A stretch of 63,666 bases of DNA, the filler included, from Thraustochytrium aureum (lineage: Eukaryota), in NCBI GenBank assembly GCA_012862495.1. It is 11 parts of 9 records of this genome, joined end to end, with 100 filler letters (N's around TTAATTAATTAA, not from the genome) between each part and the next. Parts side by side here need not be neighbours in the genome. Positions count along the whole stretch, not along the records: positions 57,493 to 59,169 come from BLSG01000075.1; positions 59,270 to 60,375 come from BLSG01000077.1; positions 60,476 to 62,027 come from BLSG01000077.1; positions 62,128 to 63,666 come from BLSG01000078.1; 7 more parts are not named here. One strand, 5' to 3'. A model generated the notes under the pieces. That model did not search any database, was not told the DNA's origin, and worked only from the letters and a program-made list of their open reading frames with translations. Within the stretch, counting starts at the first letter, position 1, and each line of letters starts with the position of its first letter. A program made the translations under genes and the position numbers. This document shows, in pieces, positions 57,992 to 63,666 of this stretch.

Positions 57992-59169
57992 ATGGGGGAA
58001 GCGCCGCACGATGCGGTGTTTTTCCTCGTCGCAGAGAGGGATGAGGCAGGCGACCGGGGAGGCGGGCGCGTCGAGATCAAGTTTGTGAGGAAAGGCATGA
58101 ACCGCGTCGGGAACATTGCCAACGTGGAGAACAGCGTGCCGCTGGATGACTGCCTGGTTCTCGAACACCATGCGGACCTGCAGGTCAACCCGACAAGGCC
58201 GGCGGGGCCTCTTTTGATACTCACGGCGAAGAGCGGCAACTCTGCAATCGAAGTGGAAGGCAAGCCGGACTTGGTTCTCGAGCTGGAAGTCCCCGAGTCG
58301 CTCGATCCCGGTGACACGCTAAAGTTTGGAGCCACCCGCTGCACGCTCCACTCGATTTCGGACTACGAGAGCGTTGTCAAAGCTCTGAGAATGGAGGGCA
58401 AGCTTGATCCTCTTCCAGCCCAAGGCGCGCATCATCTACTCCGCGACTTTCGCGGCCCGACGCAGCCGACGCAGATACTGAGCGACAACGAGGAAGAGCT
58501 CGAAGACGTTTCGAACGAGTCGAAAGTCGCCCCCGCATCAGACGCCGGGCCAGACGCCGGGCCAGACGCCGCCAACGACGTCCCCAAAGACGCCGGGCCA
58601 GACGGCCCCGCATCAGACGCCGCCAACGACGCCGCGCCAGACGCCACCAAGGACGCGGATGCGGCCGCCCCCGCGCCTATCGAGTCCGCAGGCACTTGTG
58701 CAGCAGAAGCCGAGGCCGGGCCTTTGGAGGGCAACGCGCTGGAGCAGGCCAGTCCCGCAGGCGACGAGAAAGGTAGCAGCCAGATTGACGACGTGTCGGA
58801 CGCGCCGACGCAGCCATTGCCAGGCGACGACGACAGCGAAGAAGGCGGCGACGCGACCGACGATGGGGAACGGTTTGACACCGATCTCGCCGGCCCGACA
58901 CTAAACCAAGACGAGTTCGAGGAAGACGAGGGCCAGGAGACCGGAGACGAAGACGGCAACAAGGAGGACGGCGACGACGAGTTTGGCGACAGCGCTGCGG
59001 TGACGCCGCGCATAGACTCGGTCACGCCCACGCAGCGCGTCGGCACAGATGTCAACTCTGCCGTAGCCAGCACCGTGCGCGTCGAAGGGGCGGGTGCGTT
59101 CGGCGGGCGAGAGTCACTTTTGAGCACGGGGCCGGAGGCGCCCATGGACGACCAAGACGGTGCCGCCTC
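57992..59169 (+). CDS. divergent FHA-like domain protein with acidic, TQ-containing tail (MDC1-like?), 3'-truncated
   Basis: GMNRVGN..VLEHHADL..LDPGDTLKFG has FHA-like spacing; PTQ motifs in the acidic region. Confidence 0.55.
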
Positions 59170-59269
59170 NNNNNNNNNNNNNNNNNNNNNNNNNNNNNNN
59201 NNNNNNNNNNNNNTTAATTAATTAANNNNNNNNNNNNNNNNNNNNNNNNNNNNNNNNNNNNNNNNNNNN

Positions 59270-60375
59270 ATGGAGTACATCTGCTTCAACCACAACGACC
59301 AGAGCGCCCCACGACTCGAGGGGTCCTCGACCGCGCTGGAGGACTTTGGCGCAAACCTGCTTGGCGGCATTGTCTGCGGCCTCGATTTTGACAGCCCCGA
59401 CAGCGATGGGAGCACCGCTGCTTACCAAGACGGCCCCGAAGGCTCGTCCTCTGAGGCGCACGCGATGCAATTCGAGCGCCCCAAGGTTGCAAGCATCGGA
59501 ACGCAGCTCGCGGGCTTCCTTGTGGAGGAAAAGGCGTTCACAGCAAAGATAAGCGCGTTTTTCCAAGAGAACGCCCTGATCAACCTGGACGAAAACTCGC
59601 TCAAGGACCTGTTCCGCCAGTTCATGGCCATCGTGCAAACCCACATTCAGCAGTTCGTCAAGAGCAAAGGGATCAGCATGGCCGAGTTCTCGCAGCAGCT
59701 CGACAAGGAGTCGCGTGCGGTCACCTCGAACGAGTTCAAGGTCGACCTCCTCGGAACGGACCCCAGCAAACGGTTCAATTCTTTCAAAATCGCGTTTTTG
59801 CGCCGCCTGCGGAGCGAGACACGACCGGCTGCGTTTCCAATCAACGCCGTCCCAGTTCGCCCCGAGTTTGACATCAACGGGTCCTGGCTCAACAGCGGGC
59901 AGCGGGGCGAGGACTTTGTGGAGGCGCAGCGCAACCTTGGTGCGCGAGGATACCCTGTTTTCCTCTTTAAGGTCATCCGCCGCATGCTCTGGCGCGTTCG
60001 CATAACAATCTCGGGCGACTACTGCCACATCCAGGGAGAGAAGAAACTCATGCACTCGGGCGAGTTTCTCTTCAAGATCGACAACGTGGACCACCCCTTC
60101 GAGATCCCGCACGTGATTCCTCTTGGAATGGCGTCCATCCCCTGCATGTACCGCGCGTTTTGCGCGGTCGAGGAGGGCATCCCGCTTTTCCGTTGTATTG
60201 TGCACGGATTTTTCCCGCGCTTGCACGGCGTGCGCTTTGAGATCACGCGGACGGTCTACATTCTCGACAACCGCCAGATACTTGACATGCATGCCACGTT
60301 TCACGTTATCCGGGCGTCTGGCCATCGCGAGTGCTTGGCGGACTTTACGCAGCGGTTCTTCCGGGTTTGCGGAGG
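59270..60375 (+). CDS. hypothetical protein: BART-like helical domain + FABP/lipocalin-like beta domain (partial)
   Basis: FTAKISAFFQEN..LFRQFMAIVQTHIQQFVKSKGISMAEF; FDINGSW..EDFVEA..LG..RITISGDYCHI. Confidence 0.45.
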
Positions 60376-60475
60376 NNNNNNNNNNNNNNNNNNNNNNNNN
60401 NNNNNNNNNNNNNNNNNNNTTAATTAATTAANNNNNNNNNNNNNNNNNNNNNNNNNNNNNNNNNNNNNNNNNNNN

Positions 60476-62027
60476 GCTCTGGCCGATGGTCGCGAGCGAG
60501 GCGCAACAAGCGCAGGCGCTCAGTTCGGGCCTCCTCGATTCGCAGCGCGTCGGCCAGCGCCGCTCGAAGCGTGTCGAGGCACAAGTGGCCCGCTAGGGCC
60601 GCGTCAGTTCTGAGGTTCACTTGCGCTTGCGGGACCTCCAGTTCTGCAACGCAAAGGAGGTCCTGAGCCGCCTGCAAAAAACAGCGAACTGCACCGAGCG
60701 CAGCTGCGGCTTCTTTGATCGGCATCATGGAGCCCGTATCCTGCTCTGAGCGAGCATAAAAGCAAAGCTCGCGCTCGCAAGCGTCCAACGCTGTTTGCGC
60801 AGCCTCGGGCGGCCTCGTGGCCGCTGCATCGGTCGACCCTAGAAGCTCGGCGGCAGTAAGACCAACCAGCACGGAGACTGACGCGTCAGTCGCTTTGGCA
60901 AGCGCGACATGATCATGCGCCGCTGTCCACTCTGCCGCGCTCGAGCACATGCGCGGCACAAGTCTCCAACGCGCTGCAACGCGCCTTTCGCATTGTTCCA
61001 AAGAAACGACACCGGCTCTGGCACTTGGTCGGGAGGGAGGCGGGACTCGAGACCCGACAGCATCCGCATTGAGCGCGCTCGCAGAAACTGTCCGATCCAT
61101 GCCGAGCCGCTGCACGGGTCGTTGCCGTTCTTGAAGGTGCGCCGCTTCAGGTTTTCAAGTACTGAGACCGCTCGGCGACGCGCCTCTGTGACGCGTTCGA
61201 GGGCCTCGTCACGCCTCAGCACAAGGGAGGGGACGGCGTCTGGGAGCTCGCGTACGGCTTGAAGAACTTGAGCCTGCACAGCGCGGAGTTCAAGCTCCTG
61301 CTCCCCGATCAGCGTGAGAGCCTTGTCGAGCTCCTCAAGCTCCGCTGCTACGGGGGCCCAGACAGAGCTGATGAAGGGCTCGAGGAAACGCAGCATGCGC
61401 TCCCAGTCGGCTTGGCCAAGGCCGTTTATCGCGTAGCTTACCTTGACGACCTTTCCGTCCGGCCGAGTCAGCTCCTTGGCCTTGGGGAAGCAGCTTGGGA
61501 ATCTGCGCCCGGACCGAAGAAGCCGTACGCGGTCGAGGGCTACCAGGGCTCGACCTAGCCTTCCTCGAGGCAAATCCTCGACGGATGCACTGCATTCTGG
61601 CACGAATGGGGGGGCAAGGGCAAGCAGGCGTCGCTTTAGCGCCTCGCGCTGTGTTCGTAGTTTCTCGGGGTCGCCAGCCGCCCTTGCTTCGGCCTCGAGT
61701 TTCTCGCGTTTGGCCTTGAGCTCAGCATACTCTGTTTTGGCTGACTTGAGCTCGCTGGCCACGCGATTGAGCCTCTTCGCGATGCGTTCTTTCTCAGCCT
61801 CCAGCTCACGTTCGCCGCCAACTTGTCTCGTTTCCTCGGCTGCCCATGAGATCGTCTCTGTTCTCGACGTAGCAAGCCGCGGGTCAACTGTCCGGCGACT
61901 CGGCGCCGCGCGACATCGCTTGCCCAGGTCGGCCGTTCCGCTCGTTTCGTCCATGCTGCCGCCTGGCGCCGAGCAGGCAGGAAGGAGCACGTTCAGCAAA
62001 TCGCGAGCGCCCGTGCCTCGCACTGTC
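60476..62027 (-). CDS. hypothetical coiled-coil protein (partial, frameshift near 61110)
   Basis: ORF 60839..62023 with heptad-rich segments continues into ORF 60420..61115. Confidence 0.5.
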
Positions 62028-62214
62028 NNNNNNNNNNNNNNNNNNNNNNNNNNNNNNNNNNNNNNNNNNNNTTAATTAATTAANNNNNNNNNNNNNNNNN
62101 NNNNNNNNNNNNNNNNNNNNNNNNNNNACGGTACAGGCGCCTGCAGACTCTATTCTTTGCCGCCCAGGCGCGCGCGGGCACTTGCTGGGCGAGCGAGGCC
62201 GGGTTGACCACGAC

Positions 62215-63461
62215 ATGGTGCTCCTATTTGTGCGCGGACTGCCGACGGGCGTGGCAGATAGGACGGCGGTTGAGGCGGTTGAGGCGTGCTGCGGCGAGGG
62301 GAGCGTTGTGATGTGGAAGCGGTACAGGAATCCGGCGGACGCGCCGACCGGGTCCGGGTTTTTGGAAGTGCGGGACCCGGGGTGCGCTGCAAGACTGATT
62401 AAGCTCGTCGAGCATAAAGACGCGCTCGTGGAGGAGTGCGAGCCGGTGATTAAAGAGCTCGCGGTGGTGCCCGACTGCTCGGTGAGCTCGCAGTGCGCGA
62501 TGGCGGCCAGCGCGATCAGCACTGACGACCTTGCGCAAGTCCGCTCGCAAATGGCCAAGCTGCTTGAGGAGGACCCGCACGGCGCCGAAGAGCGCGAGCA
62601 GCGGCAGAGTGGATTGTTTGAGGTCAAGGTGCAGGCGGCGCTTCGCCTCGAGCCGCGCGCTGACAACCTCACGGACGAAATGTGGGAGCGAATCAAGGAG
62701 TTTCGGCATATGCAAGCTGTCAACGAGGTTCGAGACGACGCCGACCGCGAGAAGCGCGTTTTGGCCATCGTGGACCGGTTCCGCCGCGAGGCTCGCATTC
62801 GCGCCGAGGAGCGCCGTGCCAAAGGCGATCGGGCCCGCGAAAAAGACACTGGGGCAACTCCACCAACGCAGGAGGGAGCTGGTGCCGCCGCCGCCGCCGC
62901 CGCTACGCAGAGTGTCGTGCAGGCGCCTACGAGAGGTGGTCCGCTGTCTGGGCTGCCGCCGCCTGGCCTGCCGCCTCCCGGTTTTGCGCCGCCGAGGATC
63001 GGGCAGAGCGCGCCTCCGATTCTGCCCCCGCCGGGGCCCCCACCACTCGAAGTGCTCGCCGCTGCGCAGGGGCTTCCGTTGCCAGCGGGACTCCCGCCAC
63101 CGGGGCTCCCTGCTCCACTGCCCCAGGCGAGCGCAAGTAGCGTTGCTGCGGTGGCGCCAGCGAACGACGGCAGTCCGAGCGCGGAGTCGACCAAGCGCTC
63201 GGCTGGCGCGGCGCCCGCCAGCGCGCCGCCACCGAAGCGGCGCTTGCCGAGCGAGATCCCAGCGGATCAAGTCCTGGCTGTCGTGGAGCGGGAGGTGGTC
63301 GCGGAACTGGGGCAGGCTGAGCAAGGCCTCATCGCCCACCTCGGCAAGCTTGTTTCGGGGGCGCAGCTCGGGATACGCTCATCAAAGAGGCCGAGATGAT
63401 CTTCGAAGAGGACGCCCCCGCGCTCATCGACAGAGTGCTCGAAGCCTTGCAGCTTGCCTAG
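62215..63461 (+). CDS. RBM25/Snu71-like protein (RRM + Pro-rich + PWI-like), frameshift near 63370
   Basis: LFVRGLP..WKRYRNP..GSGFLE RRM; ERIKEFR; PWI-like VEREVVAELGQAEQGLI continuing as LIKEAEMIFEEDAPALIDRVL*. Confidence 0.7.
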
Positions 63462-63666
63462 GCACCGCTGCGCGCGCCAGGGCAGCGACGCGGCCCACTG
63501 CGCGTTCCCTGTGTGCCTGCAGGCAGGCTGGCTAGCAGGCTGGCTAGCAGGCGGGCTCGCTGCTCTCGCGAGCGCCCAATATCAACTATGGCACCTGCTC
63601 TGGCCCTAGGCGGCCAGCGGCAGTCAGGACCATGCGCCGCAAGAGCTCTGCCTGCGGCGACCCGCA

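Noticed and set aside
26920..62083. Ten regularly flanked TTAATTAATTAA repeats, resembling a repeat family or piggyBac TTAA sites
   Set aside because: Always embedded in 44 N on each side with stops in all six frames; an artificial contig linker.

Overview
Eukaryotic, GC-rich, intron-poor protist genomic DNA. Gene content and the (GCCT)n/(AGCC)n/(CTCG)n/(GCT)n microsatellites suggest a thraustochytrid/labyrinthulomycete stramenopile (inference). The window is not one contiguous locus: 11 scaffolds/contigs are concatenated with an artificial 100-bp spacer (44 N + TTAATTAATTAA + 44 N), and there are internal N gaps, so adjacency across a spacer is meaningless. Many genes have single-base frameshifts; those checked are at homopolymers and are most likely sequencing errors. 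Recognisable housekeeping genes: COG0523/CobW GTPase, NCKAP1, SF3A3, HAUS5, DDX21/RH3-like helicase, Yip1, TLC protein, Ulp1, hybrid histidine kinase, SLC49-like MFS, ANKZF1/Vms1, hotdog thioesterase, V-ATPase c'' (with a 69-bp intron) and RBM25-like. Most notable items: a secreted five-repeat + beta-lactamase-fold polyglycine-hydrolase-like protein; an NCS/EF-hand-PIP5K fusion; a Crinkler-type NTPase+REase; a PIF/Harbinger transposon with a large accessory gene; an apicomplexan IMP1-like protein; a bacterial-type enolase-superfamily gene head-to-head with an MFS gene; and intergenic islands dense in 4-bp palindromes (GTAC/AGCT/CTAG). No CRISPR array, rRNA or tRNA was seen. All family calls come from motif recognition, not database searches.
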